Shown: positions 25,092 to 36,410, counted from the first letter of the whole stretch. The stretch: DNA of 63,980 nucleotides, filler included, from Octopus bimaculoides (GCF_001194135.2; 5 parts of 5 records of this genome joined end to end with filler, not necessarily neighbours in it), one strand, 5' to 3'. Notes: generated from the sequence alone by a model not told the origin. Numbers and translations: made by a program.

Positions 25092-26718
25092 TAGAAAGCG
25101 AGAAAAGAGAGAAAGAGGGTGTGTGTGTGTGTGTGTATGTGTGTTAATATCTACTCATATACACGTGCGCTAACGCGAACATGGACACGCACAGAATGTA
25201 TTTATTACCGGACACATAAACTTAAAGCATATGAAATGTACATTTCTCTGTAAGCCTCATAACACATTTTTGAGATGCAGTCATTAAAAGCAGCTGGCTT
25301 AAACCCACGTGGTAGCCATCACCAATCCAGGTAACTCATGTTCCATCCCATCGGGTATTGAGTCGCTTCGATGGGATTCAAAGAGAGTTACCTCGCCTGG
25401 CCATTATATCACACGCGTAAAGAATCTCTGGATGTGGAAAAGCAGAGGCCTTTTAGACTTGGCGAATCTTGCACTGCAAAACACACAAGCTCTCNNNNNN
25501 NNNNNNNNNNNNNNNNNNNNNNNNNNNNNNNNNNNNNNNNNNNNNNNNNNNNNNNNNNNNNNNNNNNNNNNNNNNNNNNNNNNNNNNNNNNNNNNNNNNN
25601 NNNNNNNNNNNNNNNNNNNNNNNNNNNNNNNNNNNNNNNNNNNNNNNNNNNNNNNNNNNNNNNNNNNNNNNNNNNNNNNNNNNNNNNNNNNNNNNNNNNN
25701 NNNNNNNNNNNNNNNNNNNNNNNNNNNNNNNNNNNNNNNNNNNNNNNNNNNNNNNNNNNNNNNNNNNNNNNNNNNNNNNNNNNNNNNNNNNNNNNNNNNN
25801 NNNNNNNNNNNNNNNNNNNNNNNNNNNNNNNNNNNNNNNNNNNNNNNNNNNNNNNNNNNNNNNNNNNNNNNNNNNNNNNNNNNNNNNNNNNNNNNNNNNN
25901 NNNNNNNNNNNNNNNNNNNNNNNNNNNNNNNNNNNNNNNNNNNNNNNNNNNNNNNNNNNNNNNNNNNNNNNNNNNNNNNNNNNNNNNNNNNNNNNNNNNN
26001 NNNNNNNNNNNNNNNNNNNNNNNNNNNNNNNNNNNNNNNNNNNNNNNNNNNNNNNNNNNNNNNNNNNNNNNNNNNNNNNNNNNNNNNNNNNNNNNNNNNN
26101 NNNNNNNNNNNNNNNNNNNNNNNNNNNNNNNNNNNNNNNNNNNNNNNNNNNNNNNNNNTATATATATATATATATGACGCAGAAAGAAGGAGAGTGATAG
26201 AGAGATAGAAAAAGGAAGTGAAGTAGAGAGATAGACAAAGATAGAGAATGAAAGAAAGGGAAAGGGAAAGACAGAAAAAGAGGGTGAGAGAAATAGATAG
26301 ATAGATAGACAGACAGAGAGAGAGAGAGAGTGAGAGAGAAAGAAAGAGAGATAGAGAGGGAGAGAGAGAGGCAGAGAGAGAGGGAGAGGGATAGGGAGAG
26401 AAAGAGGAAGAGGAAGAGTAAATTTAGAGTGAGCGAGAGAGAGGAAAAGAGAGATAGAGAAAAAGAGAGAAAGAGAAAAACAGAGAGAGAGAAACTGAGA
26501 GAGAGAAAGAGAGGGAGAAAAGGGAGAGAAAAGAGAAAGAAAGAGACAGAGAGACACAGAGAGCAAGAGAGAAAGAGAGAGAGAGAAAAAGAGAGAGTAG
26601 AAGAAGAGAGAGAGAGAAAAAGTGAGAGAGAGAGAAAAAGAGAGAGAGAGAAAAAGCGAGAGAGAGAAAAGAGAGAGAGAAAGCAAGAAAGAAAGAGAGA
26701 GACGGAGAGAAAGAGAGA

Positions 26719-26752
<34 letters not shown>

Positions 26753-27632
26753 CAGAGAGAGATAGAAAGCGAGAAAAGAGAGAAAGAGTGTGTGTGTGTG
26801 TATGTGAATTAATATCTACTCATATACACGTGCGCACACGCGAACATGGACACACAGAATGTATTTATTACCGGACACATAAACTTAAAGCATATGAAAT
26901 GTACATTTCTCTGTAAGCCTCATAACACATTTTTGAGATGCAGTCATTAAAAGCAGCTGGTTTAAACCCACGTGGTAGCCATCACCAATNNNNNNNNNNG
27001 AGATGCAGTCATTAAAAGCAGCTGGTTTAAACCCACGTGGTAGCCATCACCAATCCAGGTAACTCATGTTCCATCCCATCGGGTATTGAGTGGCTTCGAT
27101 GGGATTCAAAGAGAGTTACCTCGCCTGGCCATTATATCAAACACGTAAAGAATCTCTGGATGTGGAAAACCAGAGGCCTTATATATATATATATATATGG
27201 CGCAGAAAGAAGGAGAGTGATAGAGAGAGAGAAAAAGGGAGTGCAGTAGAGAGAGATAGAGAGTGAAAGAAAGGGAAAGGGAAAGACAGAAAAAGAGGGT
27301 GAGAGAAATAGATAGATAGATATCTATCTGTCTCTTTCTTTCTCTCAATCTCACTCTCGCTCTCACAATCGCTCTGTTTTTCCTCCTCCCTTCCATTCTC
27401 TGTCTGTCTGTCTCTCTCTCGTTCTCTGCCTGTCTCTCTCCCTATATAACTCTCTCTCTCCGTTTCACTCTCTCTTTCTCTTTCTCTCTCTATCTCTTTC
27501 TCTCTCTCTCTCTCTCTCTCTTCTCTCCCTCCTCTCCATCTCTCTCTTTCTTTCNNNNNNNNNNNNNNNNNNNNNNNNNNNNNNNNNNNNNNNNNNNNNN
27601 NNNNNNNNNNNNNNNNTCTCTCTCTCTCTATG

Positions 27633-27665
<33 letters not shown>

Positions 27666-28019
27666 GTATATATATATATATATATATATACATATATGAC
27701 GCGGAAAGAAGGAGAGTGATAGAGAGAGACAAAAAGGGAGTGAAGAAGAGAGATAGAGAAAGATAGAGAGCGAAAGAGAGGGAAAGGGAAAGACAGAGAA
27801 AGAGGGTGTGAGAAATAGAGAGAAATAGATAGATAGATAGACAGACAGAGAGAGAGAGAAATAGTGAGGGAGAGGGAGAGAGATAGGAAGAGAGAGAGGA
27901 AGAGTAAAGTGAGAGTGAGAGAGAGAGAGGAAAAGAGAGATAGAAAAAAAGAGAGACAGAGAAAAAGATAGAGAGAGAAAATGAGAGAGAGAAAGAGAGG
28001 GAGAGAAAAGAGAAAGAAA
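24240..28019. repeat. Multi-copy GA-rich block plus unique 25150-25494 segment, duplicated in direct (26160-27320, 27660-28019) and inverted (27320-27550) orientation
   Basis: 25150-25450 is near identical to 26810-27180; 27340-27400 is the reverse complement of about 24420-24490. Confidence 0.85.
25371..25494 (+). CDS. Possible 5' part of the first CCDC74-like coding exon, running into a gap
   Basis: ATG-led, non-repetitive ORF MGFKESYLAWPLYHTRKESLDVEKQRPFRLGESCTAKHTSS, open into the gap and upstream of the 5'-incomplete exon at 28120. Homology not verified. Confidence 0.35.
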
Positions 28020-28119
28020 NNNNNNNNNNNNNNNNNNNNNNNNNNNNNNNNNNNNNNNNNNNNTTAATTAATTAANNNNNNNNNNNNNNNNNNNNNNNNN
28101 NNNNNNNNNNNNNNNNNNN

Positions 28120-28290
28120 AGGAAGATGAAGTTCATAGGAAACAAAAAGGAGCTGCTGGTTCACAAGACGAGGACTCGAACCGACGGCTGCAGTATCTGG
28201 AGAGAAGCATGGAGATGTTAAAGAAACAACACTGTGAAATTTTACAAAGTCTGCACCAGGAAATCGATGATTTGAAACGACAGAACAAAG
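28120..28290 (+). CDS. CCDC74: CCDC74-like coiled-coil protein exon (CCDC92/74 N-terminal domain); 5' edge abuts an assembly join
   Basis: EDEVHRKQKGAAGSQDEDSNRRLQYLERSMEMLKKQHCEILQSLHQEIDDLKRQNK(D), donor aag|gtaggg at 28291. Resembles CCDC74 [33 protein letters not shown] (from memory). Confidence 0.82.
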
Positions 28291-28329
28291 GTAGGGCTTC
28301 TTTTTTTTTTTTTTTTTATCTTTGTCTCA

Positions 28330-30064
28330 GATGGGGAGGTTGTGACCTATGACAATAGAATGAGACTTTTTGCTGCTTTCATGTTTGCACACAAGCCGTG
28401 GCATCCAGTCCCCTGTACTCGATAAGTACCCGTTCATTGCTATTGTGGAGGTCTTATAGCACAGCACAGCATCATTCCTCTTCACCCCCACCCCCATTAC
28501 TTCTAGGTAGGTACAGACAATCAATGTCTGTTTTTGGGGGTTGCATGTTAGTAGTTTTCTTGTCTTCCTTTTCATGTTAGATGTTAGTAGTTTTCTTGTC
28601 TTCCTTTTCATGTTAGATGTTAGTAGTTTTCTTGTCTTCCTTTTCATGTTAGATGTTAGTAGTTTTCTTGTCTTCCTTTTCATGTTAGATGTTAGTAGTT
28701 TTCNNNNNNNNNNNNNNNNNNNNNNNNNNNNNNNNNNNNNNNNNNNNNNNNNNNNNNNNNNNNNNNNNNNNNNNNNNNNNNNNNNNNNNNNNNNNNNNNN
28801 NNNNNNNNNNNNNNNNNNNNNNNNNNNNNNNNNNNNNNNNNNNNNNNNNNNNNNNNNNNNNNNNNNNNNNNNNNNNNNNNNNNNNNNNNNNNNNNNNNNN
28901 NNNNNNNNNNNNNNNNNNNNNNNNNNNNNNNNNNNNNNNNNNNNNNNNNNNNNNNNNNNNNNNNNNNNNNNNNNNNNNNNNNNNNNNNNNNNNNNNNNNN
29001 NNNNNNNNNNNNNNNNNNNNNNNNNNNNNNNNNNNNNNNNNNNNNNNNNNNNNNNNNNNNNNNNNNNNNNNNNNNNNNNNNNNNNNNNNNNNNNNNNNNN
29101 NNNNNNNNNNNNNNNNNNNNNNNNNNNNNNNNNNNNNNNNNNNNNNNNNNNNNNNNNNNNNNNNNNNNNNNNNNNNNNNNNNNNNNNNNNNNNNNNNNNN
29201 NNNNNNNNNNNNNNNNNNNNNNNNNNNNNNNNNNNNNNNNNNNNNNNNNNNNNNNNNNNNNNNNNNNNNNNNNNNNNNNNNNNNNNNNNNNNNNNNNNNN
29301 NNNNNNNNNNNNNNNNNNNNNNNNNNNNNNNNNNNNNNNNNNNNNNNNNNNNNNNNNNNNNNNNNNNNNNNNNNNNNNNNNNNNNNNNNNNNNNNNNNNN
29401 NNNNNNNNNNNNNNNNNNNNNNNNNNNNNNNNNNNNNNNNNNNNNNNNNNNNNNAGATGTTAGTAGTTTTCTTGTCTTCCTTTTCATGTTAGATGTTAGT
29501 AGTTTTCTTGTCTTCCTTTTCATGTTAGATGTTAGTAGTTTTCTTGTCTTCCTTTTCATGTTAGATGTTAGTAGTTTTCTTGTCTTCCTTTTCATGTTAG
29601 ATGTTAGTAGTTTTCCTGTCTTCCTGTCCAGGCGTTGGAGCTCTGTAAGATTCCAGTTAATGATGTTAAAACTGTCTTGGACTACTGGAAGTGCCAGGAT
29701 GTTAATGGCTTTGATGCAATTTTTAGAGTTGCATTCAGTTTTTAGTTTGAGTTTTATTCTCCTTCATTATTTTTTTTCCTTCATATTAACATGTTGTATA
29801 CCATCTCTTTCATTTATCCCAAGGCATTTATAACTTTCTTGTGGGTAAAGTTCCTTGACGGTAGGTAGCATTGGTATCTAATTTAATGGAAGCTGTTTGC
29901 TTGAGCTTGCCTCTTACAAGAGTTGTTTTAGCACACTTATCAAGGCCAGAATCCATCCCAATGTCATTGCTAAACTTTTTAACAGTTGTTAGCAACCCTA
30001 CTAGCTCTTAATCATTTCTGGCAAACAGCTTCAGATTGTCCACATAAAACAAATGGTTTATTAT
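28330..30064 (-). mobile_element. R4/Dong-like non-LTR retrotransposon RT fragment in a CCDC74 intron
   Basis: INHLFYVDNLKLFA (YMDD degenerate), FSNDIGMDSGLDKCA, SYKCLGI, NSKNCIKAINILALPV, INWNLTELQRLDRKTGKLLT, then after the minisatellite PKTDIDCLYLPRSNGG, CYKTSTIAM..YL, DWMPRLVCKHE. Confidence 0.88.
28546..29615. repeat. 36-bp minisatellite (atgttagtagttttcttgtcttccttttcatgttag)n, spanning a gap
   Basis: About 4 near-identical units on each side of gap 28704-29455; minus frame reads (MKRKTRKLLTSN)n. Confidence 0.95.
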
Positions 30065-30243
30065 AGTATTATAAACTTTGTACACATAGCTGGTGTTATT
30101 CAGTTAATTTGAGAGTGGGATCAGTGCCATGCAAAAGAGTAATGAGGAGAGGGAGTCACCTTGAAAGATGCTGCGTTTGGCAATGGTACTTTAAGCACAT
30201 ACAGAAATATGGTAACAAAAGGGTTAAGATATACACACACATA

Positions 30244-30450
30244 CAAGGGGGTGCTGAAAAGTTCCTGGTTTTGGGTAAAAGAAAACACAGGAGGATCAGT
30301 TAATTATGATTTTATTCCACATATTCCCCTCTCAGATTCACACTTATTGCAGCAGTCCATCAGTTTTTCTGAGTGCTATAAAAGGAACTTGGCAGGTTGG
30401 GCTCCCAACCAGGCATTTTGCGATACCCTTAAAGCCAGGAACTTTTCAGC
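30244..30450 (-). mobile_element. mariner-derived MITE (about 210 bp)
   Basis: TA|caagggggtgctgaaaagttcctgg ... ccaggaacttttcagc terminal inverted repeats. Interior is the reverse complement of the 16722 copy. Confidence 0.8.
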
Positions 30451-30635
30451 TGTGAAAAAAATATTTTAACAATTCCATGTCTTACTACAAAAACAAAAAA
30501 GTGGGAGGATAAAGAAAATACTTTGGATTCTATGCCCCACTGCAATTTTCCCAAGCCCTGTCAGTGGGGCATATGCCCCATGTTGGGAGTTACTGTAGCA
30601 GTAGTAGTATTTGGATGATGCTGTCAATTACTTCA

Positions 30636-31021
30636 TCTCTCTCTCTACCTACCTACCTACCTACCTACCTACCTATCTATTTGTCTATCTACTTATTTAT
30701 GTCAATTTGCTTGTTCGTCTATCTGTCTGTCTCTTTGTCTTCTATCTATCTATCTACTTATTTGTGTCTGTCTGTCTCTTATCTATCTACCTGTCTATCT
30801 ACCTACCTATCTATCTATCTAACTATCTATCTATCTATCAATCTATCCATCTATCTATCTATCTATCTATCTATCTACCTATCTATTTACCTATCTACCT
30901 ACCTACCTACCTACCTACCCACCTATCTATCTATCTATCTATCTACTTATTTATGTCAATCTGCTTGTTTGTCTATCTGTCTGTCTCTTTGTCTTCTATC
31001 TATCTATCTATCTATCTATCT
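30636..31021. repeat. (CCTA)n/(TCTA)n compound tract with a duplicated about 80-bp block (again at 31996-32078)
   Basis: ctacttatttatgtcaat(c/t)tgcttgtt(t/c)gtctatctgtctgtctctttgtcttc occurs three times. Confidence 0.9.
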
Positions 31022-31336
31022 ACGCACTCGTGCAGTGTCCAAAGATTTCCGACCTGTGGGCTTATGCCGAACAGCTGCTGTCACGTGTGGGACGAGTCCA
31101 CCTGTCAGCCGAGTCTATTGTGCAAATTGCTCCACCACCGTCTCTCAACAGGGAAGGCAAGGCAGTGTTCATCATACTGGTGACCATGGTGAAAGAATGT
31201 GTGTGGTGGACCCGAGCGAAAGGATTAGAGACGAAAACTTACCTCTCTGGCCAATCGCTCATCAACTTTTTCAAGTATCACTTGAAAAGGAAGGTGAGAA
31301 TAGAGAGACAGTTTTTGTCTCGTGAAAGTTTCATTA
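31022..31336 (+). mobile_element. L1/Tx1-like ORF2 C-terminal fragment
   Basis: ALVQCPKISDLWAYAEQLL...VKECVWWTR...LINFFKYHLKRKVRIERQ, typical of post-zinc-knuckle Tx1 ORF2 ends. Confidence 0.62.
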
Positions 31337-32237
31337 NNNNNNNNNNNNNNNNNNNNNNNNNNNNNNNNNNNNNNNNNNNNNNNNNNNNNNNNNNNNNNNN
31401 NNNNNNNNNNNNNNNNNNNNNNNNNNNNNNNNNNNNNNNNNNNNNNNNNNNNNNNNNNNNNNNNNNNNNNNNNNNNNNNNNNNNNNNNNNNNNNNNNNNN
31501 NNNNNNNNNNNNNNNNNNNNNNNNNNNNNNNNNNNNNNNNNNNNNNNNNNNNNNNNNNNNNNNNNNNNNNNNNNNNNNNNNNNNNNNNNNNNNNNNNNNN
31601 NNNNNNNNNNNNNNNNNNNNNNNNNNNNNNNNNNNNNNNNNNNNNNNNNNNNNNNNNNNNNNNNNNNNNNNNNNNNNNNNNNNNNNNNNNNNNNNNNNNN
31701 NNNNNNNNNNNNNNNNNNNNNNNNNNNNNNNNNNNNNNNNNNNNNNNNNNNNNNNNNNNNNNNNNNNNNNNNNNNNNNNNNNNNNNNNNNNNNNNNNNNN
31801 NNNNNNNNNNNNNNNNNNNNNNNNNNNNNNNNNNNNNNNNNNNNNNNNNNNNNNNNNNNNNNNNNNNNNNNNNNNNNNNNNNNNNNNNNNNNNNNNNNNN
31901 NNNNNNNNNNNNNNNNNNNNNNNNNNNNNNNNNNNNNNNNNNNNNNNNNNNNNNNNNNNNNNNNNNNNNNNNNNNNNNNNNNNNNNNNNNNNNNNTCTAT
32001 CTACTTATTTATGTCAATCTGCTTGTTTGTCTATCTGTCTGTCTCTTTGTCTTCTATCTATCTATCTATCTATCTATCTTTTTTTTTTCTCGATCCCTTT
32101 TGATCGACCCCCCCTTTTTTCCCCCTTCCCCCTCTCCAAAAGAAAAGCTCTACATTGTATTTGTCCCATCTTTGTTGAGCCCTGTGTGGCTAATAAAAGA
32201 AATGTATCTATCTATCTATCTGTGTCTCATTCATCAG

Positions 32238-32642
32238 ATCTGAATTTCAAGATTATCATGTCACAGAAAGACTCAAGGTCCTCACTTGCCTGTGATGTCA
32301 GTGGCACAGAAGGTGACGGTGGAAATGACGACAAAACAGTTCTGACAGAAGAACAGAGAAGAGGAACAGAAGAAAGAACCGATGATGGTGATGACAAACA
32401 TGGTGATGACGATGTCAATGATGACAACGATGGCCAGCAAAGACTAAGTGTGTTGAGTGTAGACCGGCAAGAGGGAGAAGATGTCAAGGATGTGATTGTG
32501 GGCGAGCGCAGTGACCTCAGCGACTTGAGCCATCTTGGTGACCTGGTTGAGGGGAACAAGCTGTCTGACCTCACTGATGCAGCTCTGAGCCAAGAAGGTG
32601 GAATTCAAGAAACACAGAACAGGGAACTGAAGATGGATAAAG
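32238..32642 (+). CDS. CCDC74: CCDC74-like exon (405 bp, phase 1-1, acidic low-complexity middle)
   Basis: catcag|ATCTG...AAAG|gtaaga. Joins the 28290 donor in frame to give KRQNK-DLNFKIIM (cf. CCDC74 KRENK-DLHYKLIM); open for 135 codons. Confidence 0.8.
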
Positions 32643-32651
32643 GTAAGAAAA

Positions 32652-32695
<44 letters not shown>

Positions 32696-32881
32696 NNNNN
32701 NNNNNNNNNNNNNNNNNNNNNNNNNNNNNNNNNNNNNNNTTAATTAATTAANNNNNNNNNNNNNNNNNNNNNNNNNNNNNNNNNNNNNNNNNNNNTATAT
32801 ACACAGACAAATACCGGTTTGTTAACTAACTATGTGTATGTGTATAAGTGGGAATGGTGGTGGATGTGCGTGCATGTGTGT

Positions 32882-32927
<46 letters not shown>

Positions 32928-33384
32928 CCGCAGGTGCGTGCATTTACGGGAGAGAGCGAAAGAGCGAGAGAGAGGGAGAGAGAAGAATATCTAAGACAGA
33001 AGGGCAACCAAGATTAAAAGTCACACTGATCAGTTGAATATTTAGTGAAAGGCCAACAGTCTAGGGATCAGTAATGAACATTAAACTAAAGAACGAAAGT
33101 AAATCTTGAACCTATTTCTCCAGTTCTTTAATGAGGTATAAATGACAAGAAAACAATTGCATTTCGTTTGAAAATTTGTTTCTGTCCTTTAATCCTAACA
33201 GAACCTTAAATTGTAAGCCGTTTTATTTAAATACTGTTATTTAACGGTTCCGTTTTCAAATCTAGCGCTACCTCTTTTCTATGCTTCGGAACAAGAGGAT
33301 CATGAACAGTATAGCATATCTCAAAATTTTGGACAAGGCTTTGCTTCCGTATGCCAAGAATAATTTACTGTGGTTATCCTTTTA

Positions 33385-33625
33385 TTCTTTTACTCTTGTA
33401 CGTGTTTCGGTTATTTGACATCAGCCATGCTGAGGCACCCAGCTTGAAGTGGAACAAATCGACCCCAGGACATTTTTAAACCTTGTACTTATTCTATCGG
33501 TTCCATTTCGAAGAACCACTAAGTTACAGAAACGCAAACACACCAGCATCGGTTGTCAAGCGGTTGTTGGGGACAAACACAGACAAAAAGACACACACAC
33601 ACACATACCTGCATACATACATATA
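33385..33625 (-). mobile_element. SINE family B, 3' half
   Basis: Family tail and gaaccactaagttac motif. Confidence 0.75.
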
Positions 33626-35187
33626 TATATATATATACAGTCTGTCAGATGAGGCCTTGATGAATGACATTAGGCATGAAAATACGTATTAGCCTTTATA
33701 TATTTAATTCTTTATATTGAATACTCAATATTTCATATATTCAATAAGACATTCAATACTTCATTTCATTTCACCATTTATTTTTATATTATATATTATA
33801 TATTCCATATTCTATATCCCACATTAATTTTACAAGAATATAAATAAAACATAAAAAGCAGAGTTGGAACTCTTTTAAATAAAATTATATATATATATNN
33901 NNNNNNNNNNNNNNNNNNNNNNNNNNNNNNNNNNNNNNNNNNNNNNNNNNNNNNNNNNNNNNATATATCAAAATAAGCAACAGGATGTCAAGAGGTGATG
34001 CAGTACGACCATTTCAAGCGGCTCCATTTCATTGAACAATGCAATCATTACATCAATTTAAATGCAGGGCTATCCACAACTGCATAAATAAACATAATTT
34101 TTTTAATCAGTTGGACATATTAATATAATTTTACTTGAATTCTCTAATAGAGCAAGAAGTGGGGAAAAGTCCATGCTGCTATTAATGTAGCTCAAAATAT
34201 GTTTCACCTCTAAGAACTGTATGAATTTTGTTAGGGTCATAGCTTGTAACGGGTTGTGGTTCATTTTTAATTTATTAGTCTATTTTTTTATCAACTACCA
34301 AATCTAAGGCTAGAGGATAGTGTCTGTTTAGAATGGATAGACGGAGTGAGTTAACAGTTTATAGTTGGGTATGGTCATAAATATTGTCAGGATTTTAGGA
34401 AATATGTAATTGTCTATAAAGGAGGCTGGGTAGGGGAAGACCCTATATCAAGGTGTTAATTACCAGTTAAAGGGGCATGACGCTAATGAAACCTATGATG
34501 TTAATACAGAGGAAACTATCGTGGGCTACGATGGGTGATTGTATATAAACAATATTGTTATGTTGTGTGAAGATAAAATTTAAGATTACTAAAAATTATA
34601 TTATAACCAGAATATATAAACTGTGTGTATATACCAATTTTCAATATTAGAAAGGGAAAATGACATAGAATTAGCTTAATATCCATTCCTGTACTTAATT
34701 ATTTACTTATAAGGTGGTTTCTATAAAGATTGCTCTGGGTATTTACTTATACTATCTTTATATTAACTGTAAGCTAAGAATCAGAAAACAATCGGAAAAA
34801 TAAGTTGTACACAGATACATACACATACTTAACTATGGGCGCACATGCAAATATGCACAAATATTTGTACTTTATTATGGGTATGTTATAATCAACTCTT
34901 CTAGACTTAAGTAACTAGAAAGTTAATATTTCTCTTTAATAACTTATAAGAGATAAGAGGTTAATAGGTAAATGTATCAACATAAGAAAATACAATAATA
35001 AGAAATTATAGGGAATAGTAAGAAAATATATATGACTTATTGTATATAATACTAGGGGGTAAGGTCACATCATATACGACACTAAAACTAATTTCCCCTA
35101 TCTAGGTTCAAGTGGAGACGTAAACAAACCAATACCAGTTGTCAAGCGATATGGCGAGGGCTAAACAAACATATACACACACACAAA

Positions 35188-36410
35188 TTGACGCTGTATA
35201 ATATTCCTATGACAAATGTGGAAAGGGTGGAAAGGAAAATAAATAAATACCGAAGATGGCTAGGTGCTCCTCTAAGCTTCACTTTAATAGGTCTATACAT
35301 AAGATCGAAACAGCTACAACTTCCCCTGTCATCCGTAGTGGAGGAATTTAAAGTAGCAAAATATAACGTTGTAATGATGTACAGAGACTCTAAGGACGTA
35401 CTTGTCTGACATGCAGGTATTACAACAAGGTCTGGGCGAAAGTGGGTAGCTAGCGCCGCAGTCGCTCAGGCTGAAGGGATGGTGAGCCACGCGACATCAT
35501 TGGAGTCACATGCAGGGGTCGCCAGGGTCTTGGTTCTTCCAATTTCCAACAATGGAAGAAAGCAGACACCAGGGAGAGGTGAGCTATGACCAAGGAAGCG
35601 GTGCAATACGAGGAGGAAGAAAGAAGAAAATCAAGAGCTGTGAAGTTGGTATCTCAGGTTGCATGGACTAAATGGGATCTCCCTTATAGGAAGCTCACAT
35701 GGACTGACCTGTGGAGGTTGGAACCTTTTCGCATCTCTTTCCTACCGCGGCCGGTGTATGACACACTCCCGACGCCAGCAAACCTGCATAGATGGGGTTT
35801 GAGGGAAGACCAGCTGTGTAGACTTTGTGGAGAAAGGGGCACTCTAGCACACATCTTGGCAGGGTGCAGAGTAGCACTTTCTCAAGGCAGATATAAATGG
35901 CACCATGATAGGGTGCTTGCAACATTTGCTCATACCCTGGAGCAGGAAAGCCGTAAGAAACATCATCGCCAAGGGAAGACAACAGCAGCAATTAAGTTCG
36001 TGGAAGAGGGAGAGAGACTAGTAAACTCAGAAAAAACAACACATAGCTTGCTGCAAGGATCTCAACCATGGGATATGAAAGTGGACTTAGGGGAGAGATT
36101 GCAGTTTCCCCAGGTTGTCCATAGAACCCTGAGACCAGATGTGGTCCTGTAGTCTGAAAAGGCCAAGAAAATTATCGTAATTACAATCTCGTGGGAAGAG
36201 GGGGGTGTGATGAGGCCCATGAACGGAAGCATGTCAGATATGAGAGCCTTCTTCTTGGCTTTGGAGTAAGAGAGAAGAGTTAAGTTGGAAGCCAGGAGGA
36301 GATGAGGAGTGACTTGGCCACCTCTGCTGACCCACCAACGGGAGGTTGTTACGGTTCAGGATCGAAACACCCGATGAATTTTGGATACCATCTGACGACA
36401 TCAGTTCCTC
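35188..36410 (+). mobile_element. HERO-like (R2 group, RLE) non-LTR retrotransposon 3' fragment
   Basis: RRWLGAP..LQLPLSSVVEEFKVAK...GRKW, YDTLPTPANLHRWG, CCHC knuckle CRLCGERGTLAHILAGC, RYKWHHDRVL, WDMKVDL, TLRPDVVL; several stops and frameshifts. Confidence 0.88.

Noticed and set aside
24192-27396. Long RE-rich / SL-rich ORFs that look like SR or coiled-coil proteins
   Set aside because: (GA)n tracts lack stop codons by composition; the block is duplicated and inverted.
28546-29615. 36-bp repeats as a CRISPR array
   Set aside because: Head-to-tail units with no spacers, no cas genes, eukaryotic context.
28327-29833. 420-430 aa ORFs with (MKRKTRKLLTSN)n as a novel repeat protein
   Set aside because: Mostly N gap; the unit derives from a dead RT with stops on both sides.
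21907-32642. Nested or overlapping ATPAF2 and CCDC74 genes
   Set aside because: No ATPAF2 exon was found beyond 21987, and synthetic joins make the order unprovable.
33975-34085. Possible minus-strand hammerhead (tcaatga...gaaatggtcgta)
   Set aside because: Three core mismatches and no convincing stems.
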